64,000 bases of DNA, from assembly GCF_009914755.1 (NCBI RefSeq), contig NC_060935.1; one strand, given 5' to 3'. Below the pieces are notes generated by a model that saw only the letters and a program-made list of their open reading frames with translations, had not been told where the DNA came from and searched no databases. Source of the stretch: the human T2T-CHM13v2.0 reference genome, Homo sapiens. The position numbers were made by a program, and so were the translations under genes. Numbering within the stretch: the stretch's first letter is position 1; every line of letters starts with the position of its first letter. Positions 10,319 through 28,969 of this stretch are shown here, piece after piece.

Positions 10319-12950
10319 GTGACTTCCAATCCATATGGTAGAATGAACTGATGTAGGAAGTGAGGATAGCACATTCCCAACTTGCGGAGTTGTTACAACG
10401 TAACAAAGTCAGAAATCCCACAGTCCGGGTCAAAAGCGAAAAAACAAAAAAAAAAAAAAAAAAAAGAAATTTTGAGGAGTTAGAAATAAAGAGGAAACAA
10501 AGTCAGAGTGTCAGAGTGGGTTAAATCTGAAAAGCCCACAGAGCTATTGAAATTTGCCACAGGCCTAAGCAGAGAGCAAAATAATGAATGAATTCCCATT
10601 CACAATTGTTACAAAGAGAATCAAATACCTAGGAATACAACTGACAAGGGATGTGAAGGACCTCTTCAAGGAGAACTACAAACCACTGCTCAAGGAAATC
10701 AGAGAGGACAAAAGCAAATGGAAAAACATTCTGTGCTCATAGAGAGGAAGAATCAATATTTTCAACATGGCCATCCTGCCCAAAGTAATTTATAGGTTCA
10801 GTGCTATTCCCACTAAACTACCATTAAAACACTCTTCACTGAATTAGGAAAAACTGTTTTAAAATTCATAGGAAACCAAAACAGAGCCCAAATAGCCAAG
10901 ATGACGCTAAGCAAAAAGAACAAAGCTGGAGGCATCACACTAACTGACTTCAGACCATACTACAAGGATACAGAAACCAAAAAAGCATGATACTGGTACA
11001 AAAACAGACACATAGACCAAGGAACAGAATAGAGAACTCAGAAATAACACCACACACCTACAACCATCTGATCTTTGACAAACCTGAGAAAAACAAGCAA
11101 CAGGGAACAAATTCCCTGTTTGACAAATGGTGCTGGGAAAACTGGCTAGCTATAGGCAGAAAATGGAAACTGGACCCCTTCCTTACACCTTATACAAAAA
11201 TTAACTCAAGTTGGATTAAAGATTTAAATATAAAATCCCAAACTATAAAACCCCAGAAGAAAATCTAGGCAATATTATTCAAGATATAGGCATGGGCAAA
11301 GATTTCATGACAAAAATGCCAAAAGAAATTGCAACAAAAGCAAAAATTGACAAATGGGCTCTGAATAAAGAGCTTCTGCACAGCAAAACAATCATCAGTG
11401 TGAACAGACAACCTACAAAATGAGAGAAAAATTTTGCAATCTATCCATCTGACAAAGATCTAATATCCAGAGTCTAGAAGGAACTTAAACAAATTTACAA
11501 GAAGAAAACAAACAACTCTATTAAAAAGTAGAAAAAGGACATGAACAGACTTCTCAAAAGAAGATATTCCTGTGGCCAACAAACATGGAAAAAATCTCAA
11601 CATCGCTGATGATTAGAGAAATACAAATGAAAACCACAATGAGATACCATCTTATACCAGTCAGAATGGCAATTATTAAACAGTCAAGAAACAAAAGATG
11701 CTGGTGAGGTTATGAGGAAAAAGAAACGCTTTTACAGTGTTGGAAGGAGGGAAATTAGTTCAACCATTGTGGAAGACGGTGTGGTGATTCCTCAAAGATC
11801 TAGAAGCAGAAACGCCATTTGACCCAGCAATCCCATTACGGAGTATATACCCAAAGGAATATAAATCATTCTACTATAAAGATACATACATGCATATGTT
11901 CATTGCAGCACTATTCACAATAGCAAAGACATGGAATCCACCCAAATGCCCATCAGTGATAGACTGGATAAAGAAAATGTGGTACATACACAACATGGAA
12001 TGCTCTTCAGCCATAAAAAAGAACAAGATCATCTCCTTTGCAGGGACATAGATGGAGCTTGAAGTCATTATCCTCTGCAAACTAACACAGGAACAGAAAA
12101 CCAAACATTGAATGTTCTCACTTGTAAGCAGGAGCTGAATGATGAGAACACATGGACACATGGAGGGGAACACACACTGGGGCCTGTCTGAGGGGGGCCG
12201 GGGGAGGGAGAGCATCAGGAAGAATAGCTAATGGATGCTGGGCTTAATACCTAGGTGATGGGATGATCTGTGCAGCAAACCACCATGGCGCACGTTTACC
12301 TATGTAACAAACATGCACATCCTGCACATGTAACCCAGAACTTAAAAGTTGAAGAAAAAAAAAAAAAGAAGAAACTTGCTATAGGCCTAAGAGGCTAGAA
12401 TTTTACAAACAATGGGAGGGGTTGGTTGGAAGTCAAGGCCAAGGGTTCTGTGTGTCTGAAAGTGAGCCTCCTGCCTAAGCCAGAAGTTGGGAAAGGCTGT
12501 ATTGCCTTTTAAACAGGTTCTAGAATTCTTTCCTTTGACCAAAAGACACAGCAGTCACAATGGGCATCCCGGGTAGAAAAAATCGTCTGTGAGAAATTGG
12601 AACCCTGTGGCTCCTCTGGAGTTACAAACCAAGAAATATTTTTCAGCAAATATTCACTTGTTGAGTAATTATGTTGCTGAGAATGGCTATTTATTATTTT
12701 TAGTTCCTTCACAAATACTAACCCACTTAATCCTGATAATGACTTTCTTAGAAAAATTGGTTTAGTGAAAAGAAACAAGAAACTGTCCCATGGGGTCTCC
12801 TCTCAGCCTACTTTCCATGGAATTCCCACAGGAAATAACTCTTGCTGAAGATGACCTGAGCTAAAAATTACAAAGCACATGTGAAAATAATGATAGAAAA
12901 TCAGTAGACTCAGTAAATTGGGAAAACTCAAATTCGTTAAAGATAATAGA
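10319..12950 (+). mobile_element. Old L1M (L1ME-type) 5' region, interrupted by L1PA8
   Basis: Start 'gtgacttccaatccatatggtaga'; 'aaaaattacaaagcacatgtgaaaat' typical of an old L1 ORF1 start. Confidence 0.5.
10570..12370 (+). mobile_element. L1PA8-like 5'-truncated LINE-1 with TSD
   Basis: ORF2 C-terminus, 3' UTR and poly(A); TSD gaaatttgccacaggcctaag 10549-10569 vs gaaacttgctataggcctaag 12371-12391 (18/21). Confidence 0.95.
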
Positions 12951-12954
12951 CTGC

Positions 12955-13100
12955 TATGTGGAAATGATCCTACTTTCTAGGTGCTGATACTGAAGTTTCG
13001 ATAGTTTAAGTGACCAACATCACACAGGCACTAAATGGAGAGCCAGGGTTAAAATCCAAACACCAGAGGCCACACTCTTGATCACTAGCCTTATTGTTTT
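12955..13100 (-). mobile_element. MIR fragment
   Basis: 'tttaagtgaccaacatcacacaggcactaaatggagagccaggg'. Confidence 0.55.
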
Positions 13101-13236
13101 TCCTATAAAATTAAATTCCTTACAAACACAATATAAGTTTGCCAAACTGAGTGTAGAGATATCTTTAAATATAGACAATGACAGACACATTTCTGTCAAT
13201 AATAGTCACAGCTAAGAGTACTCGTTAGAAGAAACA

Positions 13237-14489
<1,253 letters not shown>

Positions 14490-14537
14490 TCACCAGAAAA
14501 AAAGCTTTGTTTTTTTCTTCTATATCTAGTAACTTAC

Positions 14538-14632
14538 CCAAAGCTAGCTTCCATCAGTGGGTATCTGTGTTTTTCTCACAGTCTTCAGAGGAAAAATTCC
14601 AGCTGTCAATCTTCTCTCAGATCGAACTGAAT
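14538..14632 (-). pseudogene. Candidate 95-nt exon
   Basis: tattttctttcacag|ATTCAG...TTTGG|gtaagt; frame 0 IQFDLRED*QLEFFL*RL*EKHRYPLMEASF (all stops TGA, consistent with CGA decay). Confidence 0.7.
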
Positions 14633-14736
14633 CTGTGAAAGAAAATATGGTATCATGGTCTAAACTTGACTTCCCCAGATTTTCTCCAGTCAGGGTTGGC
14701 TTCCTTGGTTACTCCTGGCAGGCACAGTTTGCTCAC

Positions 14737-14819
14737 TCATCCCACTCATGTTCCTCCTTTGATGATGCCTGTCTATGTCCGGCAAACGTTTCTCTTCAAA
14801 TTTTGGTTTGTGAAATGCC
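14737..14819 (-). pseudogene. Candidate 83-nt exon
   Basis: cctaac...gttcag|GGCATT...GGATGA|gtgagc; open frame AFHKPKFEEKRLPDIDRHHQRRNMSGM; flanking introns 104 and 142 nt. Confidence 0.55.
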
Positions 14820-14961
14820 CTGAACTGCATCCTTGTGTTGGTTAGGACAATTGCTAGTATGTAATGCCTAGTCACATCCCCTGCCACTTAGCTTATATTT
14901 CACTTTAGCGATATCCTTCTCCTTTTCCCCACCCTGTACTGATGCTAACTCTTTGGTTTAC

Positions 14962-15179
14962 CTCATGTGGACCTGATAACTCTTTTCTGGTCAGGGAAAT
15001 CTTTGAACCTGTAGTTCTCATTATCCTCATCTCAAGGAGAACTGCTCTCTGTTTCACTCAGGAGACATGTTTGCTCTTGATTGTCCCTGCTCCTCTCTCA
15101 TCTTTAAGCTGTGCAAATGTTGCTCTGCTCCTAAACTGGAATTTTCTCCTTGTCTTTATTGTCAAACCATTTTTTTCTT
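14962..15179 (-). pseudogene. Candidate 218-nt exon
   Basis: gtttttccag|AAGAAAAAAATGG...CATGAG|gtaaac; purine-rich; continues the previous exon as RKKWFDNKDKEKIPV*. Confidence 0.6.
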
Positions 15180-15943
15180 CTGGAAAAACTTTATTTATGA
15201 TTCACCCTAGGTTCCTCTGAAGCTCAATAGACTAGATAGGCTTTTCTCTGAACCTTACTACCTATCATCTTGGGGAGGAGAAGTAGAAAAGAAAAACATT
15301 TGAGAATGGGGGATAATCCTGAAAGACTGAGTAATTACTCAGAACATAGCTACTTGGATTGTCAAGATAAAGTTTTTTTTTTTCTTGCAATTTCTGCCCT
15401 CAGTGGAACTTGGGCTTAAGAGCAAAGGGAGAGCAGTAAAATAACACAGAGTTATTTAGGGTTTTTTTTTTAACTGTACAGATGAGGGTTAGTATATAAT
15501 TTTGACTCATCTTTCATTGGTTCTTGGAAAAATTCAGTGACAACTTGTGAAGTGCCTTGCTCAGCATGTGAAACTCAAAGTTCAACAAAAGTTGATTTAT
15601 TCTCATTTGTAAATTGATTAGGAAGTCCTGATACTAAAAGCCTTCTTCTGCTGATGAAAACTCAGAACATCTTGTCTGACAGCCAGGGAAAAGATTTTCT
15701 TGGAACAACCCAGGACTCAAAGAGGGGCAAAAATAGAAATGAGAAGAATGGAAATAGGCAACTTCCTTTTTGTCACCTCTTGCAGGAGCCTGAATAAATG
15801 AAATACGTGAGTGGATGTGGATGGATTGTGAGTGGCTGTTAAAGTCACTCCAGGTCACCACAGTTTGTCAGGTTTTATGGCTCATTGCACAGCTCTTCCT
15901 CACCACCACTTTGGTCTCAGTGCAGGGCTTTGGTGACACTCAC

Positions 15944-16102
15944 TTTTCACTGCCAATTAGGAAAGGGACTTTCCCTCGATGGGTCATCCTGGTTCTATAA
16001 AATTCTCTGAAATAATCCTTTGAGTCTTGTAGGAACAGGCCTGTCACAATGTTGCCAATAGAGATACATAGCTTTTCTTCATAGGCTTTGCTCTCAAAAA
16101 CA
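15944..16102 (-). pseudogene. Candidate 159-nt exon, fully open (phase 2-2)
   Basis: ttcttttatctttcgttttgaacag|TGTTTTTG...GAAAA|gtgagt; VFESKAYEEKLCISIGNIVTGLFLQDSKDYFREFYRTRMTHRGKVPFLIGSE. Confidence 0.75.
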
Positions 16103-16462
16103 CTGTTCAAAACGAAAGATAAAAGAAGATAATGCCTTCTCAGTACACTTTACTGTTCCTGGGTGTCTTGTGGGTTGCATAATTAGCATTTGAGGCTATT
16201 GGTGACTTAATCTCAATGTAGATAAGTCACAAAATAGAAGACCAAAATTAATTAGGTCAAGGGTCAGGTGGTCATTGGGGAATGAGGCTGTTAGATGAGC
16301 ATTCCTTGTCACATGTTAGTGTTTCCTTCTAAGCTCTATGAAGTCTTGAGCTCTGGGGATGATGCCTGAATAAAACATTCTTCTAAATTCATGGGACTGA
16401 AAATTAAGTGGCAGCTCTTCCCAAGGGAGTGTATCTAAAATAGGCCACAGAGTTGCAATTAC

Positions 16463-16860
16463 ACTATTTCCAGTTGAGGATTTTTTTTCCATAAAGATGT
16501 GAATGTATCTGAAACATGCTTAAATATATTTCTATTTTTTGAAAGGGGTAAATGTTGGAGTTATTCTCCCTTTGATTCTGTAATTTTAGGTTTTTAGCAG
16601 TCTAGTGATTATATAATTCCCAATCTCAAATAAGAGCATTTGACAGGATATGTTTTTAGGGTCAAGTAGTAGCCTAAGAGATATCATTTAGGTGTCCAGT
16701 ATTAGAGCTTTTCTCTTGACTTAAAAGATATATTTTGGGAATAACAGATGTAATAGTTGCAACCAGGATTTCTCCAAAATTTTGGACATTGCTGCTGTTG
16801 TCTTTCATCTCTATGAATATCAGTGTTCGAATTCACATAGCAATTTCTTGCTTCTGATGT
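16463..16860 (-). pseudogene. Candidate exon (acceptor at 16860; donor uncertain)
   Basis: gatcttcaaatgtag|ACATCAGAAG; phase-2 frame HQKQEIAM*IRTLIFIEMKD...; KTTAAM/VQ/KFWR IQ-like across frameshifts. Confidence 0.4.
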
Positions 16861-18269
16861 CTACATTTGAAGATCAAATGCAATAATATTTGTAAACGTA
16901 CTTTCAAATAAATAACATGGCAAGCAAACTGAAAGTTCAGAAAACTGAGTTGGTAGAAATAACTGGGGAGCTTAATAAGAAAGGGTGGCACAGATGGTGA
17001 AGGGAAGGGAACCACCATTTGTTGGTGCTAGAAGTATGCCAGGTATTTATCTCTCACAATCCCATTTCATCTTTAAACAATCCTTGCTGTCAATCCTAAC
17101 TGCATAAATGTGCAAACTGGGACTCACTCAGTTTCAGAAACTGCAAACAGAACTGTTATTCCAAAGCCAATGCTTTTAGCGTAGGGTAACTGGTATAGTA
17201 TAAGTGCATCAGAATGGTCAAGGCAGAACTTTCCCATTATTTGTTGGGTTAGAATTCTCCTGGTAGTGACTGGGCAAGCTTCCAGAAGCACAGTTTCTGA
17301 AAATCCTCAGTTCTATAAAATGCTTTGATATCTCAGTTCCATTGTTTTACTTTTTCTATATATTTTTTAAAATTAAAAAGTGTAAAATATTCACACATCA
17401 AAAAAGTGTATGAAAAAATAAAAGTGATAATAAAGATTACATGCCCACCTTTCTTTTAAGACACAGAATATTACCAACATTCGTTTCAGACATAGAGTTA
17501 GTTAAGACATAGAATAGTTCCAGTTTTTAAGGCCCTTGCGTTTCCTTCTGCAATCACAACGTCAGCATTTCTTCCAACAGGGATCCATTAACTTGAATTT
17601 TTAGTTACTGTTTTCTGTATGGCTTTATGTTTTCATGGATAACAATTCCTACACAATATAATTTCCAATTTTGAATATTTTTGAACATGAAGTCAATAGT
17701 ACACTATGAATTCTTCTGTTCGTACTTGCTTCCGACTCACAGTATTGCTTTTAGGTTTCATCCATGTTGGTACATGTGGATGTAATTCTTCCTTTTTCAC
17801 AGTTGTGTAAGATAACATTCTATGAATAAACCATTATTTATCCATTCCAACATCGATGTACAGTTGGGCTTTTTTTCTGTTTAGTCTATTATGAATAATG
17901 TTATGAACATTATTTACATGGTTCAAAGTCCATTTTTATATAGGAGCAGAAAACTGTAAAAGTAGAGTTTTATAGATTATGTAAATGTTAAAGTTTACTG
18001 AAAATTTCTAATTTATCCAAGTGGTTATTTCAGTATACATGCCTATAAGAATACAAGAATTCCTTTCTCCACATTCCCATCAGGTATGTATCAGACTGAC
18101 TTGTCAATATCGTTATAGTTTAAATTTATATTCTGATTGCTAATGAGATAGAAAACCTTTTCATGTATATATTTTTTCATTCATATTTGTTTTGTTAAGT
18201 TCCTTGTATCTTTTGCCCATTCTTTTATTGCGTTTCCTTATTATTGAGAGTGTTGTTTTCAGAAGCCTA

Positions 18270-20480
<2,211 letters not shown>

Positions 20481-21437
20481 GACACTAATCTTTCATTGGT
20501 CATACGTGTACAAATATCTTCCCCCAATCTAAGGTTTGCTTTATACTCTCTTTAATATATCATTTGATCAATAAAAGTTTATGATTTTAATGTAGACAAA
20601 CTTAATCATTTTATTTTTGTATGATACATTTTTGTGTCTTGTTGAAGAAATCTTTATGGATACAAAGTCTAAAAAATTGTATGTTTTTTCCTAAAAGTTT
20701 TACTTTAAGTCTTTAATTCATATTGAATTTACTTAATTTTTGTCTATTATAAATAACTAATCTGGATTTATTATTTTCATATGAATATTTCATTTTCCAA
20801 CCAATTCTTAAACAGTCTGTTCTTGGCCCACTGACCTGCAATACAGCCTCTCTCATGTACCAAGTTTGTGTATTCAGTCAACATTCAAGGTATATTTATT
20901 GAGTGCCTGATATATGCCAGACATTGTTCTAGATGCAGAAACCTATATACGTGTAGGTTATAGGTTTTCTGTTTTATTCATCAACTTTTCTATCCCTTTC
21001 TTAATATCAACTGTCTTAGTTACTGTAGTTTGGTCTCCCCCTCCCCAACTCCTGCCACAATTAAATGATAATTCGACTGGGTATGGGATTCTAGATTGTA
21101 AATAAGTGTTTTTTTTTTGCAGACTTTTGAAGCCATCATTCTATTGCTTTTTAGTGTCTCGTATGGCTGTTGACAATGGTAAAGGCATTTGATCTTTGAT
21201 CCTGTGTGTGAACAATATATTCTCCACTTATAGAAGGCTTTAGGATCATCTTTTTGTTTTCAGTTTTCTGATATGTCATGATAATATGTCTTGATTTGGG
21301 TTAATTTTTAACTCATATTTTTGAACATTTAAGGGGCACTTTTGATGGGGGTATCATGTTCACTATTTTTAGAATTTTTTTCTTGTATTCTTCTGTGATT
21401 CTTTTTTTGAAGCACCTGTTAATAAGATGTAAGGCCT

Positions 21438-21812
<375 letters not shown>

Positions 21813-22109
21813 TTATGGTCCAGCTGCTGGAAGATTTGCTAAAACTTTATCTTTCAACTTCTCTATTAAGTTTTTAATTTATGTGATTATAATTTTAATA
21901 GCCAATGCTGTTTTCCTGTTATTGATGTTTTTCTTTTTTATTGTATCCTATTCTTATTTCATGGATGCCACATTTTCTCATTGTTGTGAGCAGTTCATGA
22001 TAGCATTATTTTTTAAAAACATTTCTTTTCACAACACAATCTCTGTTTTATTTAAATTATATATTTTCTCTGTGTTTGCTTTGGCCTCTGAAGGTGACCA
22101 GAAACTCTG

Positions 22110-22111
<2 letters not shown>

Positions 22112-22162
<51 letters not shown>

Positions 22163-22176
22163 TGTGTGTGTGTGTG
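22112..22176. repeat. (TG)n microsatellite
   Basis: Direct reading. Confidence 0.95.
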
Positions 22177-24289
22177 CAGCAGTGTTGTTAACAATTAGTT
22201 TAATTGAAAGAGTGGGATTTTACTGTCATTACAGGGAACTTATTAATTGATTTGGAGAGAAACGACATATTTGCAATTTTAAGTTTTTCAGATTAATAAA
22301 TAAGATTTATTTCTTATTTTATTTTTCTTTTAAGATATAACTCAATATTAGGTTTCAGAATTTTCCTTAAAGAGATATTTCACATTCTTTAAAAATGTAT
22401 TTCTATATAACAGATATTTTTTATCCTCATAATTAGTATATTAAAATTTTTATTTTCTAAATTTTTGTTGCTGGAACATAGAAATAGAATTGATTTTGTA
22501 TATTGACTTCGCATTCAGCAAACTTGCTAAGCTGTCTTACTTTAATAGCTTATTTATGGATTTATTTAGGTTTTCTACATACACGATCATATCTTTTGAA
22601 ATGTTATCTTGCTTCCTTTCTAATCCTTATTTCTTTTATTTCTTTTTTATTACCATGTTGCTGAGAACTCCCTGTGCAATATTGAATAGAACATTCTTGT
22701 CTAGTTTCTAATCTCAAAGGAAAGTTCTCAAGGTTTTACCTTTTATGATGCCTGTTGCACATTTGTTGCACATAAACATTATTAGATTGGAGACTTTTTT
22801 CATATTTGCTAAGAATTTCTATAAGAAATGAATACTTTTTTTGGAAGTTTTTTTTTTCTCTTTGCATTTACTGAGATGAGCATCTAATTTATTCCTTTTA
22901 TTTGCTAATATGGTGACTTGAGTTGATTAATTTCTAAGATTCCTTTGGTAAATCCAACTTAATCATGATATGTTATCACATATGTATCTTTTGGGATTTA
23001 GTTTCTTAATATTTCATTTAGGATTTTTACCAAGATGCACGAACAAATTCTCAAGCATTCTCTTATCCTTCTTTCGTCCTTTTATTCATTCTTTTCCTCT
23101 ATTTCCTTCTTCCCTTTCTTCCATTCTCCTTCTCTTCCCCTCTTCTTCCTCACTTCTTCTTTAGTCATCTGGGGGTCTCAACTTAAATTGGGAAGGTCTC
23201 TTTTAAGATTGCTTACCTCTGGATGACCTGCCCTTGGCTCTGTCACCTTTCTTGAGCTAGGTTCCACCTGAAGCCTGGTTTTCTGGGATTGGCACATGTC
23301 CTCGGGATGAAAGCAGTTTAGGTACTCCTTGGATATTCATCTTTCCTCTCAGGGTTCCACCTTTCTTCCCATCAGGAGATAGGGCCTGGCAGTCTTCACT
23401 ATCTTCTAGCAGTTCAACACTTTCCTTTTGGGGAAATATAAAAAAGCTGTACATGTTTAATGTATGCAACATGATGAATTTGGATGGAACTATAAAGCTG
23501 TAAAACCATCACCAGAATCTATGCCATAAACCTACTCATCACCTCCAAAAGTTTCCTTTTGCTCTCTTACTTCTTATTATTGTTATTATTTTGTGATAAG
23601 AACACAACATAAAGTCTACATTTTTAGGACATTTTTAAGTATATAATACAGTATTGTTAACTAAGGCACTATGTTGTACACTAGATCTCTGGGACTTATT
23701 CACCTTGTATGACTGAAACTTGTACCCTTTGACTAATATCTCCCCATTTCCCATTTCTCCCAGACCCTGGCAATCACCGTTGTCTTATTTTGTTCTAGGA
23801 GTTTAACTATTTTAGATTCATCATATAAGTGGTATCATGTAATACTTGACCTTCTGTGTCTGACTTATTTTACTTAGCATAACAACTTTCAGGTTCATCC
23901 ATGTTGTTGCTAAAGGTAGGATTTCCTTCTTTTTAACTCTAAATAATATTCTACTTTATGTATGTATAATACTTTCTTTATTGATTCATTCATCCATCAA
24001 TCAACATTTAGGTTGCTTCCATAACTTGGCTGCTGTGAATAATGCTTTAGTCAACATGGGGGCACAGATATCTTTTTGAGACCCTGATTTCATTTTTTTT
24101 GAAAATATACCTAGAAGTGAGTTTGCTTTGTCATTTAGTAGTTTTATTTTTAATTTTTTGAGGAACCTCCATACTGTTTTCCATAATGGCTGTACCAACC
24201 AACAATGTACAAGGGTTCCAATTTCTCCATATTCTCTCCAACACTTACCTTGTGACTTTTTGAGAATAGCCATCCTAACAGATGAGAGA

Positions 24290-24928
<639 letters not shown>

Positions 24929-26664
24929 TGATTTGCATTTCCCTAATAGTTAGTGATTCTGAGCACTTTTTCACGTATTTGTTGGCTATTTGTACGCCTT
25001 TGAAGAAATTAGTTCCTTTGCCTATTTTTAAACTGTGCTATTTGATTATTTTTGCTCTTGAGTTGTGGGAGTTTCTTATATATTTGGGATATTAACTCTT
25101 TATCAGATAATGCTATGCAAATATTTTCTCCCATTCCATGAGTTTCTTTTTTGTTCTGTTATTTCTTTTGTTATGTATATGATTTTTAGTTTGATGTAAT
25201 CTCACCTGTCTGTTTTTGTTTTTGTTGCCTATGCTTTTGGTGTCATGTCCAAAAATTTATTACAAAACCTAATATCTAGAAGCTTTTTTCTTATGTTTTA
25301 TCCTATGGTTTCAGGTGTTATGTTTAAGTCATTAATCTATTTTGAGCTGGTTTTTGTGTATGGTGTAAATTAAGGATGCAATTACATTTTTTTGCTTGTA
25401 GATATCTAGTTTTCCAAACACCATTTATTGAAGAGACGCTCTTCTCTCCATTTTTTATTTTTGGCACCCTTACTGAACATCATTTAACTGTGTATATATG
25501 CATTTATTTCTGGGCTTTCTATTATGTTCCATTGCTCTATATATCTGTTTTTATGCCAGTACCATACTATTTTGATTGCTGTAGCTTTGTAATGTATTTT
25601 AAAATCAGGTACAATGTTGATTCCAGCTTTGTTCTTACTCAAAATCACTTTGGCTTTTTGGCATCTCCTATGGTTCCATATAAATTTTAGAATTTTTGCC
25701 TATTTCTGTTAAATGTGCCATTGGGATTTTGAAAGGGATTCCACTAAGTGCATCGATTGCTTTGGGTGGTGTGGACATATTAATAATACTAATTTTTCCA
25801 AAGCATGAACATGAGATGTATTTTCATCTATTTGTGTCTGCTTTAATTTCTTCCATCAGTATTTTATAGTTTTCAGTGTACAAGTCTTTCACCTCCTTTG
25901 TTAAATTTATGCGTAAGTATTTTATTCTTTTTAGTGCTATTCTAAATGAGATTTCCTTAATTTCTTTTTTGGATAATTCATTGTTAATGTATAGAAAGAA
26001 ACACTACTGATTTTTGCATGTTGATTTCGTGGGAATACCAGCCTTATTTCTAATCTTAGAGAGAAAGTTTTTGGTTTTTCATGGTTTAGTATGCTATTAG
26101 TTATGGGATTTTCATATAGGGCCTTTATTCTTTTGAAGTAAATTTATTCTATGCTTTATTGAGAATTTTAAATATAAAACAGTGTTGACTATCATCAGAT
26201 ATTTTTTTCTGCATCTGTTGACATGATCATGTGATTTTGTAATTCTTTATTATGTTAATGTGGAATATAACATTGATTGATTTGTGTATACTGAACCATC
26301 CTTGCAGCCCAAAGAGAAATCCCGCTTGGTCATGGTGTATGATTCCTTTAATGTGCTTTTACATTTGGTTTGCTAATTTTTTTTTGAGGATTTTTGCATC
26401 CATGTTCATTAGGAATATGATCCTTCAGGTTTTTTTTTTTTCTCTTATTGTGCCTTTGGCTTTGGTATCAGGATGATGATGGCCTCATAAAATGAGTTTG
26501 GAAGTATTCTTTTTATCTCAATTTTTTGGAAGAATTTGAGAAGAATTGATATCAGATTTTCTTTAAATATTTGGAAGGAGTCACCAGTGAAGCCATGGGT
26601 TTTTCTTTGTTGGAAGGTTTATATTACTGACTCAATTTTCTTATTTGTTATTGGTCTTACAAGT

Positions 26665-26996
<332 letters not shown>

Positions 26997-28593
26997 AAGC
27001 TTTTTATTTCTTTTTGTTCCAGTCTTGGAAGGTTGTATGTTTCTAGGAGTCTATCCATATCTTCCAGGTTACCCAGTGTGTCAACGTAATAGTCCGTTGT
27101 GATTAATGATTAATAATTGTTCATAATATTCCTTTATGATTTTTAAAATTTCTGTTGTATCAGTTGTAATACCTCCTTTTTCATTTCTGGTATATTTGAG
27201 GCTTCTTTCCTTTTTTCTTAGCCTAGCTAAGGATTTTGCATTTTTAAAATCTTTTCAAAGACTGACTCAGTTTCTTTTATTTTTTTTTCTGTTGTCTTTC
27301 TGTTCTCCATTTCATTGATTTCTGCTCTAATCTTTATTAATTTCTTTCTTTTGCTAACTTTGGGCATAGTTTGTTTTGCTTTTTCTAGTTTCTTGAGGTA
27401 TAATGTTAGGTTGTTGGATATTTTTCTTTTTTAATAGCTATAAACTTTATCACTATAAACTTCCCTTTCAGTACTGCTTTTATGGTATCCCATAAGTTCT
27501 GGTATGTTGTGCTTTTGTTTTTAATTATTTCAGAAATTTTCTAATGTTTTTGTTTCTTTTTTAAACCCAATGATTGTTCAAGAATGTTTGTTTAATTGCC
27601 AAGTATTTGTGAATTTTTCTATTCATTTTGTTATTGATTTTTAGTTTCATTCCCTTCTAGTCAGAAAAGATACTTTCTTCTTAAATTTGCTAAGACTTCT
27701 TTTTTTGTTGTTATCTAGCATGTGATTTATTCAGGAGAATATCTGTGTGTGCTTGGGAAGAATGTGTATTCTCCTGCAGTTGAGTGGAATGCCCTGTATA
27801 TGTCTGTTAGTTCCATTTTAAGTACAGTATTTTTAAGTCTGATGTTTCTTGTTAATTTTGTGTCTGGGTGTTACATGTATTATTGCAAGTGTAATATTGA
27901 GATCTATTATTTTATTGTTGTTTTTTTCCTCTCTTTAAATCTGTCAATGTTTGCTTTATTTTATTTAGATGCTTCGATGTTGGATGCATACATATTTATA
28001 CTTGCAATAACTTCCCATGGAATTGACCTTTTTATTATTAGGTGATGACATTATTTGTTTCTTGTGACAGTTTTTAACTTAAAGTCTATTTTTTTTCTAA
28101 TATAAGTATCAGCATCTCTGATCTCTTTTGGTCACCATCTGCAAGAAATATTTTTTTTTGTTCCTTCACTTTCAGCTAATTGTGTGGCCCTAAATCTAAA
28201 GTGGGCCTCTTATAGATAGCATATATTTGGATCCTCTTTTAAAAATTTATGTGTCCTGTCTTTTGATTGGTGAGTTTAATTCATTTACATTTAAAATAGT
28301 TATTGACAGGTAAGGACTTACTATTGCCATTTTGTTAATTGTTTTCTGTCTGATTTGTAGTTCTTAAATTCCACTCTTTCTCTCTTGCTAGCTTCTTTGC
28401 AATTTAACTTTTTTGTAGTGATACATTTTGATTTTTTAAAATGTTTTTTGAATTGGCTATAGTTTATTTGTGGTTACCATGAAGCTTGCATACAACTTCC
28501 TATTCTTGTTAATAGTCTATTTTGAATTGATAGCAACTTCAATTGTATAGAAAAGCTGTACACTTTATTCCCCCATCAATACTTTGTTATTGA

Positions 28594-28969
<376 letters not shown>

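Noticed and set aside
10402-10507. Poly(A) run between two aacaaagtcaga copies, suggesting a tiny retrocopy
   Set aside because: The poly(A) is not adjacent to the second copy; more likely an expanded A-tract in an old L1 5' region
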